Positions 26,969-37,206 of a DNA stretch of 64,000 bases are shown piece by piece (the stretch's first letter is position 1; the number at the start of each line of letters is the position of its first letter). A program made the translations under genes and the position numbers. The DNA is taken from assembly GCA_963701025.1 (NCBI GenBank), contig OY969557.1:234405-298404 (forward strand), given 5' to 3'. The notes under the pieces were generated by a model. That model was given only the letters and a program-made list of their open reading frames with translations. It ran no database searches and was not told the origin of the DNA. This DNA comes from an uncultured bacterium. Lineage in GTDB: Bacteria > Patescibacteriota > Minisyncoccia > Phycocordibacterales > PALSA-1337.

Positions 26969-27637
26969 ATGGACAGCCTCCGCCGACTTGAAGAGATCTT
27001 CGCTCATTTCCCAGGCATCGGGCCGCGGCAGGCCCGTAGGTTCGCCTATTATCTCCTCGGCAAGCCTCCGGCTTTCATCAAAGAATTCACGAGTCTCATC
27101 GAAGAAGTGAAAAAAACGAGCTCCGAATGCCCGCAATGCCATCGTCTATTCATTCATGGTAATGAAAAATCCGCCAAAGGCGGTAGCGCCGGTAAAAGCG
27201 CGCCGGCCGGAGCATGTTCGATTTGCTCTGACAAATCCCGCGACGCTTCGACTCTCATGGTCGTCGCACGAGATTCCGACTTCGAATCGATCGAGAAGAG
27301 CGGTGCGTATAAAGGCCTGTACTTCATTCTCGGCGGCACCGTACCTATCCTCGATAAAGAGCCCGATAAGAGGATCCGGTTGAAGCAACTGCTCGAAAGA
27401 ACGCAAAAATCCATGCCGAAAGAAGTGATCCTTTCTTTGAATACCACGCCTGACGGCGAACATACCGCGGATATTGTGAGAGACGCGCTCGCCACATTAG
27501 CTGGCGGTGGAACATTGAAAAACCCTCCACTTCAGTCAACTAAAGTGACGATACTTGGAAGAGGCCTCTCCACCGGCGCCGAGCTCGAATACGCGGACGG
27601 CGAGACAATCAAGAATGCCTTGAAAAATAGGAACTAA
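26969..27637 (+). CDS. recR: Recombination protein RecR (with an insertion in the zinc-finger region)
   Basis: N-terminal HhH (LRRLEEIFAHFPGIGPRQARRFAYYLL), C4 cysteines (CPQC...CSIC), and Toprim region (LMVVARDSDFESIEKSGAYKGLYFILGG). Confidence 0.85.
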   Translation: MDSLRRLEEIFAHFPGIGPRQARRFAYYLLGKPPAFIKEFTSLIEEVKKTSSECPQCHRLFIHGNEKSAKGGSAGKSAPAGACSICSDKSRDASTLMVVARDSDFESIEKSGAYKGLYFILGGTVPILDKEPDKRIRLKQLLERTQKSMPKEVILSLNTTPDGEHTADIVRDALATLAGGGTLKNPPLQSTKVTILGRGLSTGAELEYADGETIKNALKNRN

Positions 27638-27966
27638 GAAAGCGAATCTATCTTCACCTTGAAGAAAGGCTGGCGATGCCCGTTCCTCTTCCAGCCTGAA
27701 CGGCTTTTCTGCTTGTATTTGACAACGAGAACTTTCGCGGAGCGTCCAATGGCGGTGATGGTGCCCTTGACCGCGGCTTTAGAGATGAAAGGAGTGCCGA
27801 TCGTCGTGTCTTTGCCGTCGTCCGTAAGCAAGACCTTGTCGAAGACGACGGGATCGCCTTCTTTATATTCTTTGCCTTTGGCAGCCGAAAGCTTCTCAAT
27901 AGAAATAACGTCTCCCTTTGAAACAGTGTACTGCTTGCCGCCGGTTTGGATGACTGCGAATTCCAT
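27634..27966 (-). CDS. rplU: 50S ribosomal protein L21
   Basis: MEFAVIQTGGKQYTVSKGDVISIEKL closely matches the L21 N-terminus. 110 aa. Confidence 0.85.
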   Translation of the reverse strand: MEFAVIQTGGKQYTVSKGDVISIEKLSAAKGKEYKEGDPVVFDKVLLTDDGKDTTIGTPFISKAAVKGTITAIGRSAKVLVVKYKQKSRSGWKRNGHRQPFFKVKIDSLS

Positions 27967-28048
27967 AGTCGAAATACTATACAGGAATGACCTGGGAAAC
28001 GCAAACAGACCTTAGGTCAATTAGGTAATTAGATTAATTAGAAATTCA

Positions 28049-29170
28049 CTATTCCTCCTCCGGCCCTTCAATAGCCGCGACTTTCACACCTGGAGACTCG
28101 TCGGCGATGCGCAGGATGTCCTTGTCTATCTTCATGAATTCCTTGCCGGCGTTATTATAGTGATTGACGACGGTGCCGAGCGAGGCACCGAGCTTGTGGT
28201 GGTACTCCTCGTATTTCTTTATGTGACTGCCGAGCTGACTGACGTGTTTGACGATATCCTTGGCGGTCTCTTCGATCTGCATGGCTTTCAGACCCTGCAA
28301 GACGGTCTGGAGATAGGCCAGGAACGACGTCGGCGAGACGATGATGACCTTGTATTTGCTGGCCGCGCGCTGGATGAGGTTGTCCGTCTCGTCCGCCGAC
28401 GCGCCAATCTTATTCACTAGCAAGTCATAATAGATGGCCTCATGGGGAATGAACATAAATGCGAAGTCCATGGTCTTTTCCGCCGGACGGACGTATTTGG
28501 CCGTCTCCTGGATGCGGAGCTTGAGGTCGCCGACGAATGCCCTCTCGAGCTTTTCCTTCTCGGCCGGATTCTTCTCCTCGACGAGCTTATTGTAGTTTTC
28601 CAATGAGAATTTGGAATCGACCGGTATGATCTTATCCTTGACGAATATGGCCGCGTCCACTATCTCGCCGTTCTTGAAGGCGTATTGCATCTGGTATTGG
28701 CCGGGCGCGAGCACGTTCTTGAGGAGCGTCTCCAGATAATATTCGCCGAGGATGCCTCGGTGCTTCGGGTTCTTGAGTATGTCCTGCAGGTTCTGCAATT
28801 GATCGGCGAATGAGACGACTTGCCGATTGGTCTCGTCGAGCTTGGTCAGACCTTGCGTCACTTCCTTGATAAGCTTGGATGACTCCGCCATCTGTCTAGA
28901 AGAATCGGCGAATTGCAGACGGAGCGAATCCTGCATCGAACGGCTGTTCTCGTTCATCTTTGTATCCACAGTTTTGGTCAGATCTCCAACTTTTCGGTCT
29001 AGCGTGCTAGACAATTGATTGACGTTCGTATTCATCTGCTCCAAGACGAGCTTGAGGCCGTCATCGAGGCTGGCCGCCGGCTTGTCATTCTTGCGTCGCA
29101 GAAAGGCGATGCCGAGACCGATATTGGCACCGACGGCGATGATGACTAGGATGATGAGGATGGTTTCCAT
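28049..29170 (-). CDS. rmuC: DNA recombination protein RmuC
   Basis: N-terminal TM helix, long coiled-coil, and the conserved C-terminal RmuC domain (FAFMFIPHEAIYYDLL...VIIVSPTSFLAYLQTV). Confidence 0.8.
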   Translation of the reverse strand: METILIILVIIAVGANIGLGIAFLRRKNDKPAASLDDGLKLVLEQMNTNVNQLSSTLDRKVGDLTKTVDTKMNENSRSMQDSLRLQFADSSRQMAESSKLIKEVTQGLTKLDETNRQVVSFADQLQNLQDILKNPKHRGILGEYYLETLLKNVLAPGQYQMQYAFKNGEIVDAAIFVKDKIIPVDSKFSLENYNKLVEEKNPAEKEKLERAFVGDLKLRIQETAKYVRPAEKTMDFAFMFIPHEAIYYDLLVNKIGASADETDNLIQRAASKYKVIIVSPTSFLAYLQTVLQGLKAMQIEETAKDIVKHVSQLGSHIKKYEEYHHKLGASLGTVVNHYNNAGKEFMKIDKDILRIADESPGVKVAAIEGPEEE

Positions 29171-29685
29171 TGGAGACAGTATGCCTAATTATTAACAGAT
29201 TTGGCAGTTGCTAAACAAAAAATTTCATTTATACTTATTGCAGGTAGGCTAACGCAAAGAAATGGTCCATGGGATACCGGATGGCTAGTCCTAACCGTTT
29301 TCCTCGTGAGAAGTGATTCTCTCATCTGGCGACAATACATAGACTGGCTGTAGTAACTGGAGAGCCCAATGGATGTTAATCCAAAATGGCGCATGAAAAG
29401 CCTTACGCCCAACACAAGCTCCCTAAGGATGGGAGTTTTTGTTTTCCTCTCATCATAACGCTTCGTCTCAAGCGAAACTTCTCGTACACTTATATGAATG
29501 AGTTTAGCCGTATATAGCTCCATGCTCAATCAAGTGTCATGTGCAATAAAGCCTAATCTATCAAGAGATTCATAGTCGATTATATCGCCAACGTATCTAT
29601 TTTCGTCTGAATCGAATACCATGATTAGTGATCATAAACTTCGATGAATTTTATAGCCAATGATTCAATATGCTAAACTTACCCC

Positions 29686-30168
29686 ATGTCCCTCCACCAG
29701 ACCATCAAAGAACAGATCAAGGATGCCCTTCGCGCCAAGGATACGATCCGCTTGGACGCCTTGCGCGGGCTCAATGCTCTTGCCTTGAATGAGCTTCTCG
29801 CTTCAAAGAATCCAGCCGGCGGCATTAACGAGGCATTCCTCTCCGACGGCAAGATCCTAGCTCTCATCAAACGGAGCGTTAAACAGCGCAGGGATTCCAT
29901 CGAACAATTCACCGCGGGCGGCCGAGAAGATTTGGTGATCAAAGAAAAGGCCGAGCTCAAGATATTGGAAGCTTTCATGCCAGCTATGATGTCCAAAGAA
30001 GAGATCAAGATCGTAGTCCGCAGCCGCATCGATGCCATGAAATCACAAGGCGCGCTCGATCCAAAATCGGCCGGAAAACTGGTCGGCATGCTCATGAAAG
30101 AGCTCGCCGGCAAAGCTGATGGCGCTGATGTCAAGGCCGCGGTGGACGAGCTTTTCAAGCCTCAATAG
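29686..30168 (+). CDS. GatB/YqeY domain protein
   Basis: MSLHQTIKEQIKDALRAKDTIRLDALRGL... is typical of the YqeY family. 160 aa. Confidence 0.75.
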   Translation: MSLHQTIKEQIKDALRAKDTIRLDALRGLNALALNELLASKNPAGGINEAFLSDGKILALIKRSVKQRRDSIEQFTAGGREDLVIKEKAELKILEAFMPAMMSKEEIKIVVRSRIDAMKSQGALDPKSAGKLVGMLMKELAGKADGADVKAAVDELFKPQ

Positions 30169-30185
30169 AGCCACATGAATGGGCT

Positions 30186-30215
30186 TGACAAAACTATCTA
30201 AGAGGTGATACAATA
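30186..30215 (+). promoter_or_regulatory. Near-consensus sigma-70 promoter (TTGACA - 18 nt - TACAAT) upstream of a 78-aa ORF
   Basis: cTTGACAaaactatctaagaggtgaTACAATact read directly from the sequence. The ATG at 30263 is preceded by AAAGGA. Confidence 0.6.
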
Positions 30216-30262
30216 CTCCCGTAAAGCACAAAGCAGTCAACCAATTAAGCGAAAGGACTATC

Positions 30263-30499
30263 ATGACAACAATGTCATCGCCGTCGGTTGGTTCGGGAAA
30301 AAGATTTCGCGATTTTAGTGAACGGTTCCAGGATATAAGAGACGTGCTTGATGGGAAAAAACAAGCACCGACTTTCATCTCCTACCGCTTCGCCGAGATG
30401 CGCTTCATTCCCGAAATCAAAGGACTCGCCGCGCTTCAGACCCATTTATCACTGGGAAAAAGCAACAGGGTCTGTCACCGGGGAGTCTATCTGGACTGA
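30263..30499 (+). CDS. Hypothetical 78-aa protein
   Basis: ORF with consensus promoter and SD. No recognisable family. Confidence 0.4.
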   Translation: MTTMSSPSVGSGKRFRDFSERFQDIRDVLDGKKQAPTFISYRFAEMRFIPEIKGLAALQTHLSLGKSNRVCHRGVYLD

Positions 30500-30614
30500 T
30501 GAAAAAACCATCATCCAGAAACAAGAAGCGCCGGGTTTACCCTCGGCGCTTTCCCATTTATATACATATTCTATATACATATTCGTAGCATTCGGATATA
30601 TTAGTTGATTCGTA

Positions 30615-32258
30615 TTACACCTTTCCGAACGGTTCCAACTCTACTATAAACGTCGAACCCTTCCCTTCTCCGGCCGATTCGGCACGGATGACGCCATGAT
30701 GAGCCTCTATCATCTCCTTAGCAACATACAAGCCGAGACCGGTGCCTTTTATATTGGTCTTATTGGCGTTGCCGGCGCGGCTCCACTTCTGGAAGAGATG
30801 CGGCAATATCTCCGGAGCGATGCCGATACCGGTGTCTTTGAGCGTGAGGACGAATTTGTGCCTCGGCCTATCGAACGAGAGCGACACGGCTACCGAGCCG
30901 GACGGCGTGTATTTCATGCTGTTGTCGATGAGATTGCCGATGACTTGCTTTAGCTTGTCCCGATCGGCCGTGATGCGCCAATCGATGCCGCCGTCGCTGG
31001 CGGTGAAGGAGAATGCCAATCCCGACTTTTCTATGTTCGGCTTGAGCTCGGCCAGCGTGTCTTCCACCAGAGCTTTCAGATCTACCGTGTCGAAGACATA
31101 TTTCATCGAGCCAAGCTCGATCCTGGTGATGTTCAGATAGTCGTCCACGATGGAAGTGAGCGTGCTGGCGGACTCGTATATGCGCGATACCCCGTCGTTG
31201 GCCTCCTTGGGCAGTGTGCCCATGTCGCCCTCCAATATCATCGAAGCATAGCCTTTCATGGCCGTAAGCGGTGCCCGCAATTGATGAGTGGCGAATGAGA
31301 CGAACTCCGACTTCTGCCGGTCGAGCTCGGTCAGGCGGACATTGGCCTTCTCCAAGTCGGTGGCAAGCTTCTCGATCTTTTCGCGCTGGGAAACTTCTTT
31401 TATGACGCTGCGGATGAGAAGGATGCCGAAGATAATTAACAGAAGAAGCATAATGGCGTTGATCAATTGATCCTGTAAATTATCCGCCACAAGCGTTCGC
31501 AGTAGCACGAATATCCAAAGAGCAAATACGACCAACTCCGTAGCAATAATCTTCGCATTGAACAAGCGGTGTTTAAGCACTGCAATAGCAGTAAAACCAA
31601 TAAAGAAAACTACGGTTGGTGGGCCAAAGATATTTAAGGAACTTAACCCCCCAAGCGGCAGGATAAGATTGATTAAGACAGAAAGGAATATAGTTAAGAA
31701 GGCCCCTATCATCATGAAGAGTGCTTGAGATTTTTTCGGATTTTTGTATTTCCTATACACATCAAAAAGATAGAAGAAGGAAAATCCGAAAGCTATGATG
31801 AGATACAAAAACATTAGGTAATACAAATTACCTGGAACATAATCTACGCCCCAAGGTTGAATCGATATAGAAATGATATTCAGCTGAGTCTGGCTTAGAA
31901 AAATAATTATAACTGCGACAATAATTGAAAGCTTCGATAATACTCTATAGCGACGGATAAATACTTTATCATTGGTATAATAAAGCTCAGCTATGAGACT
32001 ATTGAAAAAGATCGGTAAGAAGGCTGGCCAGATAATTGCTAATCTGCTAAAAAAGAGAGCTTGACCGGCATAAACAGATAGATCGGCCAGCATATTGCTT
32101 GCGACCCAGAAAGACATTGTCGCTCCCAAAAGGAAAAAGTATCTATTTATGGAGTTACGATAATCCTGGAATAACACAAAAATACTCAATAGGATAGTTA
32201 GAAAGAATGTCAATATTTCCAATATGATGTTCAATCCCATGTTAGCGTAATGAAGCAA
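30615..32258 (-). CDS. Sensor histidine kinase with N-terminal polytopic membrane domain (paralogue of 14659-16311)
   Basis: About 280 aa of TM helices, then the H-box SFATHQLRAPLTAMKGYASMILEG and a HATPase_c domain (GTGLGLYVAKEMIEAHHG). No adjacent response regulator. Confidence 0.8.
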   Translation of the reverse strand: MLHYANMGLNIILEILTFFLTILLSIFVLFQDYRNSINRYFFLLGATMSFWVASNMLADLSVYAGQALFFSRLAIIWPAFLPIFFNSLIAELYYTNDKVFIRRYRVLSKLSIIVAVIIIFLSQTQLNIISISIQPWGVDYVPGNLYYLMFLYLIIAFGFSFFYLFDVYRKYKNPKKSQALFMMIGAFLTIFLSVLINLILPLGGLSSLNIFGPPTVVFFIGFTAIAVLKHRLFNAKIIATELVVFALWIFVLLRTLVADNLQDQLINAIMLLLLIIFGILLIRSVIKEVSQREKIEKLATDLEKANVRLTELDRQKSEFVSFATHQLRAPLTAMKGYASMILEGDMGTLPKEANDGVSRIYESASTLTSIVDDYLNITRIELGSMKYVFDTVDLKALVEDTLAELKPNIEKSGLAFSFTASDGGIDWRITADRDKLKQVIGNLIDNSMKYTPSGSVAVSLSFDRPRHKFVLTLKDTGIGIAPEILPHLFQKWSRAGNANKTNIKGTGLGLYVAKEMIEAHHGVIRAESAGEGKGSTFIVELEPFGKV

Positions 32259-32922
32259 TAATGGATGATCCTGCTATTACTTTTTGTCCGATTTTGACAG
32301 ATATGCCAGTAACGGCTTCCGCAGGAAAAAACATGTCGACTTGCGACCCCATCTTTATCATACCTATACGTTCTCCTTTCTTAACCTTTTGTCCTTCAAC
32401 CACCCAACACTCGATCTTATTTACATATATATCCGCAATCTGAGTAATGAAGACGGGGATATCGCCATGAAATAGAATCGTATTGCGCTCATTTTGAATT
32501 ACATGACTACTCCGATATTCATACGGCTTGAGGCCAAATAGAACACGCCACCACATGAGAGTCATCGGTAGATTCTTTGCCTTCGTATAAACAATTTTTT
32601 CCACTGTTCCCTCAATTGGTGCACGATTGACATGAACACTTGTAGGATGCATGAATATACCAATCAGATACGCTGGACGTGTTGATTCAGGGCGATATTT
32701 GAATATCTCTTCTAACTGTATTGGTCTTTTCTTTTTGATAGATATCAGGGCATCATCCCCCTCTATCATCTTTACATAGACGATCGTCCCTTCAGCCGGT
32801 GAAACAATATTCTTGCCTTCGGGAATATCTCGATCAGGATTTCTGTAGAAAAAGAAGAAACGCCAATAACAATACAAAGCGATGCATATAATCAGTACGG
32901 TCAGGAGGACGATGAAGAGCAT
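32242..32922 (-). CDS. psd: Phosphatidylserine decarboxylase proenzyme (short archaeal-type form)
   Basis: LIGIFMHPTSVHVNRAPIEG and a C-terminal GSS self-cleavage-site region (VIAGSSIIASL). 226 aa. Confidence 0.75.
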   Translation of the reverse strand: MLFIVLLTVLIICIALYCYWRFFFFYRNPDRDIPEGKNIVSPAEGTIVYVKMIEGDDALISIKKKRPIQLEEIFKYRPESTRPAYLIGIFMHPTSVHVNRAPIEGTVEKIVYTKAKNLPMTLMWWRVLFGLKPYEYRSSHVIQNERNTILFHGDIPVFITQIADIYVNKIECWVVEGQKVKKGERIGMIKMGSQVDMFFPAEAVTGISVKIGQKVIAGSSIIASLR

Positions 32923-32923
32923 G

Positions 32924-33733
32924 TTAAAGATGTAATAAGTATCGCATAACAGAGAAAAAATTCAGATGGGCTCGAACTACAAATTCTCGATCTTCCCCTT
33001 TGTGATAACGAAGATAGCGTCTAGCAAAGACATTCATCTTTTCATCATAATGCCAGGGGGCGCTGTCGTTATTATATATCAACCAGGGAGTCTGCGCATA
33101 GGAGTCACGGAGAACAAGACCTTCTCTCTCAAGTCGTCTGCCGGGATTATCACTATTCTTGACTAGCTCCTGGGCAATACCCCATGTATCGTTATCTGCT
33201 GGAGATATGGCACCTGAAATATCTGATTCATAGGGGTTAGGATAAATGAAGCTTGCGAACTTAGCTAATCGGCTTATGACTCTAATATTGGGTGTAATAA
33301 ATACTATCTCCATTGGATTACCTAGAAGCATACGGATAAGATTCCTCAATATTTCTCTACGCACAAAAAGGAAGAACATATACGACCCCAATCCATTTTT
33401 TTGACATGATGGATCTATGATGAGAAATTCAACATAGTTGATCCGGAACCCTAAGACAACCTTCATGCTAGTAACACAGAAACCAATACATTTGCCATCT
33501 GTTCGAGCTATCATAATAGAACCGGCACCAAAGATATGGTGTTCAATGAATGTTGTAGGAAAAGACCCCCAACAACGGGCAAGGAGTGAATCGACCTCTT
33601 CGTGCAGGATAGCCCTTGTATGTCCGTCTAGTTTTTCCCGGTTTGAATGTCTTTCAAAAGTGACCGTGAGTCTTTGATCTCCGAAACGAAATATGGATTT
33701 TGAAATTCTAGACATAAGAATTATAGACCACAT
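32924..33733 (-). CDS. GNAT-like acyl/acetyltransferase-fold protein (uncertain)
   Basis: The central CIGFCVTSMKV...VEFLIIDPSCQKNGLGSYM resembles GNAT motif A (Q/R-x-x-G-x-G/A). Lies in a low-GC patch next to the lipid-metabolism genes psd and plsC. Confidence 0.35.
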   Translation of the reverse strand: MWSIILMSRISKSIFRFGDQRLTVTFERHSNREKLDGHTRAILHEEVDSLLARCWGSFPTTFIEHHIFGAGSIMIARTDGKCIGFCVTSMKVVLGFRINYVEFLIIDPSCQKNGLGSYMFFLFVRREILRNLIRMLLGNPMEIVFITPNIRVISRLAKFASFIYPNPYESDISGAISPADNDTWGIAQELVKNSDNPGRRLEREGLVLRDSYAQTPWLIYNNDSAPWHYDEKMNVFARRYLRYHKGEDREFVVRAHLNFFSVMRYLLHL

Positions 33734-33773
33734 TATATCAAATTTGAAGCAAAAAACATTGAGCTCTTTTTTA

Positions 33774-35591
33774 TCACCCCCGTAGCCCTATCTGCAATTC
33801 ATATAGTCTCCGATATTCCCCGCCCTCTTTGGCTACCAATTCGCCATGAGTTCCCGACTCTATGATCCTGCCTTCTTTGAAGACCAGTATCTTGTCAGCT
33901 TTGCGCACGGTGGAGAGACGATGGGCAATGATGAAGGTGGTCTTACCGCGCATCAATTCTTCGAGCGATCTGGTGATGATCTGTTCGGTGGAAGCATCAA
34001 GGGCGGAGGTGGGCTCGTCTAGAATGAGGATAGCCGGATCGCGTAGGATAGCCCTGGCTATGGAGACGCGCTGTTTCTGGCCGACGGAGAGCTTTATACC
34101 GCGTTCGCCGACGAGCTGTGCCCATTTGTCGGGAAATTTCTCGATGAAATCGACGGCGTGAGCCTTGCGAGCGGCTTCTCTGACTTCGGCCTCTGATGCG
34201 CTGGAAATTGCCGTATTTGATGTTAGTCTCTATGGTGTCGTTGAACAAGACTACTTCCTGCGGCACCACCGCGATGCGTGAGCGCAGGCGATGCAAATCT
34301 ATCGTGCGGATATCGTGTCCGTCTATCTCCACCGTTCCTTTCTCGGGGAAATGATAGCCGGAGATGAGGTCGACGAGAGTGCTTTTGCCCACGCCGGATT
34401 CGCCGACCAGGGCCACGATATCGCCCGGTTTTGCCTCAAATGATATGCCGTCCAGGACTGGCGTGCCTTTGTCATAGTGGAACGATACGTCCTCTGAATG
34501 ACACGCCTCCCCGTATATCGAAATCGACAGCGCTTCTGGGATGATACTCTTCCGGCGGCGATTGCAGTATCTTTTCCGTCTCCTCTATGTTGACGATGCC
34601 GTTCTGTATGGTCTGCCACTGGCGGGCTATGACTACGAACGGCCCGAAAATCATGGCCGCGTAGGCATTGAAGGCGATAAGCTCACCCAGGCTCATGCTC
34701 CCCGCGTGGATATAGACGACCGAAAGGAGGAAGATGAGCACCTGGGTTATGAGGATGGTCAAACGCTGGTAAAGGCTCAAGTCGCCCCAAACCTGGGTCA
34801 TGCGCATCCAGAGCGGTATGGCTTTCTTCGATTCCCGTGCCATCTTCTCGCGCTCGTACTCTTCGGTCGTGGCTTGCTTGACGGCCAGAGGCATTGCCGA
34901 TGACGTCATAACTGTCGCCCCAGATGGATTTCATCAGAACGTCGTAATATGCCTTCTGGTAGCCTGCGAGCGGCCTTATGTGACGGACCAAAACGACTAT
35001 ATAGGCGAGCAGTCCGACTACCAGGATGAGACCTAGTACCCATTTCATATAAAAGGCGATGCAGAGAGCGATGACGATGGAGAGTATCTGCGGGGCCAGA
35101 TCTATGACGATACTGCCGGCGATGGTTTCCAGAGATCCGGCAGCTGCGTTGATCTTGCTGCCTATCTCGCCGATCTTGTTCTGTTTATGGAAAGACATCG
35201 GCAGAAGAAGAAGATAGCTGAAGCTGTTGGTCAGATAGTCCAACCATATGGTGTTGGAGAAGTACTGGCTCATTATATTGATGCGCCAGTCGAGGAGCGA
35301 TGTCACCAGCTGGATCAATGCCCAGACAACGAGTATGGAAATGTAGAGCGGCACGGAGTATGACAAGATGTGCCAGACGGAGGCGCTCGATATGGCATCA
35401 AAGAATTTTCCGGCGATATACGGGATGATGCCGTTACCTATAGCAGACAATATGCCGAGCACGCTCAAAATAATGATCTGTCGACGATACTGGCCTATGT
35501 AGGAGAAAAGCACGCGAAGGCCGGTAAGTATGCCTTCTTTGGTCACTTTCTTTGCCTCTTTTTCCTTTTCGGGCTTTTCTTCTTCAAGCAT
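33774..35591 (-). pseudogene. MsbA-like ABC exporter (fused TMD-NBD) broken by several frameshifts
   Basis: The TMD is in ORF 34683-35591. The TMD end and NBD start are in ORF 34472-34909. Walker A (LVGESGVGKSTL) is in 33997-34416. The NBD C-terminus with ABC signature, Walker B and H-loop region (TTFIIAHRLSTVRKADKILVFKEGRIIE) is in 33774-33956. The pieces are colinear but in different frames. Confidence 0.75.
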
Positions 35592-35616
35592 GGTGCGGCT
35601 ATTCTAGCATAAGCTT

Positions 35617-36282
35617 TCACAGCTTCCCCACCTCCTTCATCACGTAATTCGCATATGTCTTATAATCATCCATCGACAAAGCTGTATTTCGTTCGGGCAT
35701 CGGTTCGAGAGGCTTGCCGAAAGCTATGGATATCTTCCGACGACGGAGAAAAAAGTCCGTTGCGGTAAGCCGGAACGTGCCGCGGATCATGACTGGCACG
35801 ATGGAGGCACCGGTAGCGTGAGCCAGGTATGCTATGCCTCCTTTGGCAGGCTGAATGGTGCCGTCGGGGGTCGCTCCGCCTTCTGGATAGACGCAGAGAC
35901 AGCCCTTGTCTTTCATTATCTCCCGCTGATGGATGAGCGACTTCTCATAGTCTCGAAGGCCCGTATAGACCGGATAAGCGCCCCAAGCCCGGAAGAATGT
36001 TCCGCCGTATAGATTTTGCCGCCAGCCGGAAGTGTCATAGAAAGCTTTTTCTCTCGAGGCGTAGAAGATCGGCGAAAAGCGGGACCAGAAAGGCAATCCC
36101 GCCGGAAGAGGCAACGGGTCCAATTCACTCGAATGATTGCAGGCGAATATGACCGGCTTGGAAACGCCTATGAGATTCTCCAGGCCGATGATCTCGAAAT
36201 GGCAGAAAAATCGGAGCGAAAGGCAGGTGGGGATCCAGAAAATCTTTTGCAGGATGAGCGGGGAAAGGAAATAGAGTTTCAT
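35617..36282 (-). CDS. plsC: 1-acyl-sn-glycerol-3-phosphate acyltransferase (LPLAT family)
   Basis: HxxxxD motif (NHSSELD) and the VYPEGG block. Confidence 0.8.
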   Translation of the reverse strand: MKLYFLSPLILQKIFWIPTCLSLRFFCHFEIIGLENLIGVSKPVIFACNHSSELDPLPLPAGLPFWSRFSPIFYASREKAFYDTSGWRQNLYGGTFFRAWGAYPVYTGLRDYEKSLIHQREIMKDKGCLCVYPEGGATPDGTIQPAKGGIAYLAHATGASIVPVMIRGTFRLTATDFFLRRRKISIAFGKPLEPMPERNTALSMDDYKTYANYVMKEVGKL

Positions 36283-36415
36283 CGGAGTGCGCGGCTATTA
36301 TAGCATTTAAGGCCCGAAAATATGCGTCGCTTGACTTGTAGCGACTCTCTGATATAATCCACAGCGAACAAATTTGAACCGCGCCAATAACTGGCGCCTT
36401 TGAAAACTGAATCCT

Positions 36416-37138
36416 ATGAAAATGAAAACAATCAGTCGGTTGTCGGCGCTCGTCGTTGGTGTGATAGTCGCGGCCATGGTGGTCGCGCCGAAGCAGAGCT
36501 TCGGGCAGGGGTATATCAATGTCAGTACCTATAATGGACTCGGCCCATTTCATGCAAATCAACAGTTTGTGAACGACACAACCTATGCCCTTCTGAACGG
36601 ACTAAGTCAATACGGCAGTTGGGCTACAATACCCAATGGTAGCTCCGTGAACACCTCGAATGTCTTTGTTTCGAGCCAAATCGGAAATGCCATGTACTCC
36701 GTTCTCGTTGTTACAAGTTCTATCCCGTTCCAACTGTCCCAGGTTCAGGTCAGCTCGACAAGCCCACTGTTCTCTTTCTCGGGAACTTTGGGACAGCTTG
36801 GATTCAATACGTATAGCCTGTTTGGCATCGGGATCGGCACAAACGGAGCAACGATCACAACGGGGAGCGATAATGCATGGGTATACGCCGCTTATGCGAT
36901 TGGGATTAATTATTCGATCAACATTACCGGCGAAACCCCGGCACAAGCAATGGCTGATTGGATGTCAGTCGGAGCTTTCACCGTGACGGATACGTATTCA
37001 TACTGTTCGTCATCTGCTTCCGTGTCCACAAGATACGACCCAGCGTATATTGCCCAGACACCGGAACCTTCAACTATCACCTTGGGTATCATTGGTATTT
37101 CGATACTCGCCACTTATACCCGTCGTCGGAAACATTAA
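36416..37138 (+). CDS. Secreted protein with C-terminal PEP-CTERM sorting signal
   Basis: N-terminal signal peptide (MKMKTISRLSALVVGVIVAAMVVAP). The C-terminus TPEPSTITLGIIGISILATYTRRRKH is the PEP motif, a TM helix and an Arg-rich tail. Confidence 0.7.
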   Translation: MKMKTISRLSALVVGVIVAAMVVAPKQSFGQGYINVSTYNGLGPFHANQQFVNDTTYALLNGLSQYGSWATIPNGSSVNTSNVFVSSQIGNAMYSVLVVTSSIPFQLSQVQVSSTSPLFSFSGTLGQLGFNTYSLFGIGIGTNGATITTGSDNAWVYAAYAIGINYSINITGETPAQAMADWMSVGAFTVTDTYSYCSSSASVSTRYDPAYIAQTPEPSTITLGIIGISILATYTRRRKH

Positions 37139-37157
37139 TTTGGGAAATTTACGCAAC

Positions 37158-37190
37158 ACGCCAGACCCGCAAGGACCTGGCGTATTTTTT
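37158..37190 (+). terminator. Rho-independent terminator (ACGCCAG-ACCCGCAAGGAC-CTGGCGT + TTTTTT)
   Basis: 7-bp stem followed by a T-run, 20 nt after the PEP-CTERM gene stop. Confidence 0.7.
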
Positions 37191-37206
37191 ACCTATATGT
37201 CACATA

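Noticed and set aside
29185-29529. 114-aa minus-strand ORF in the rmuC-yqeY intergenic region
   Set aside because: No RBS and odd composition. The region contains a plus-strand terminator and looks non-coding.
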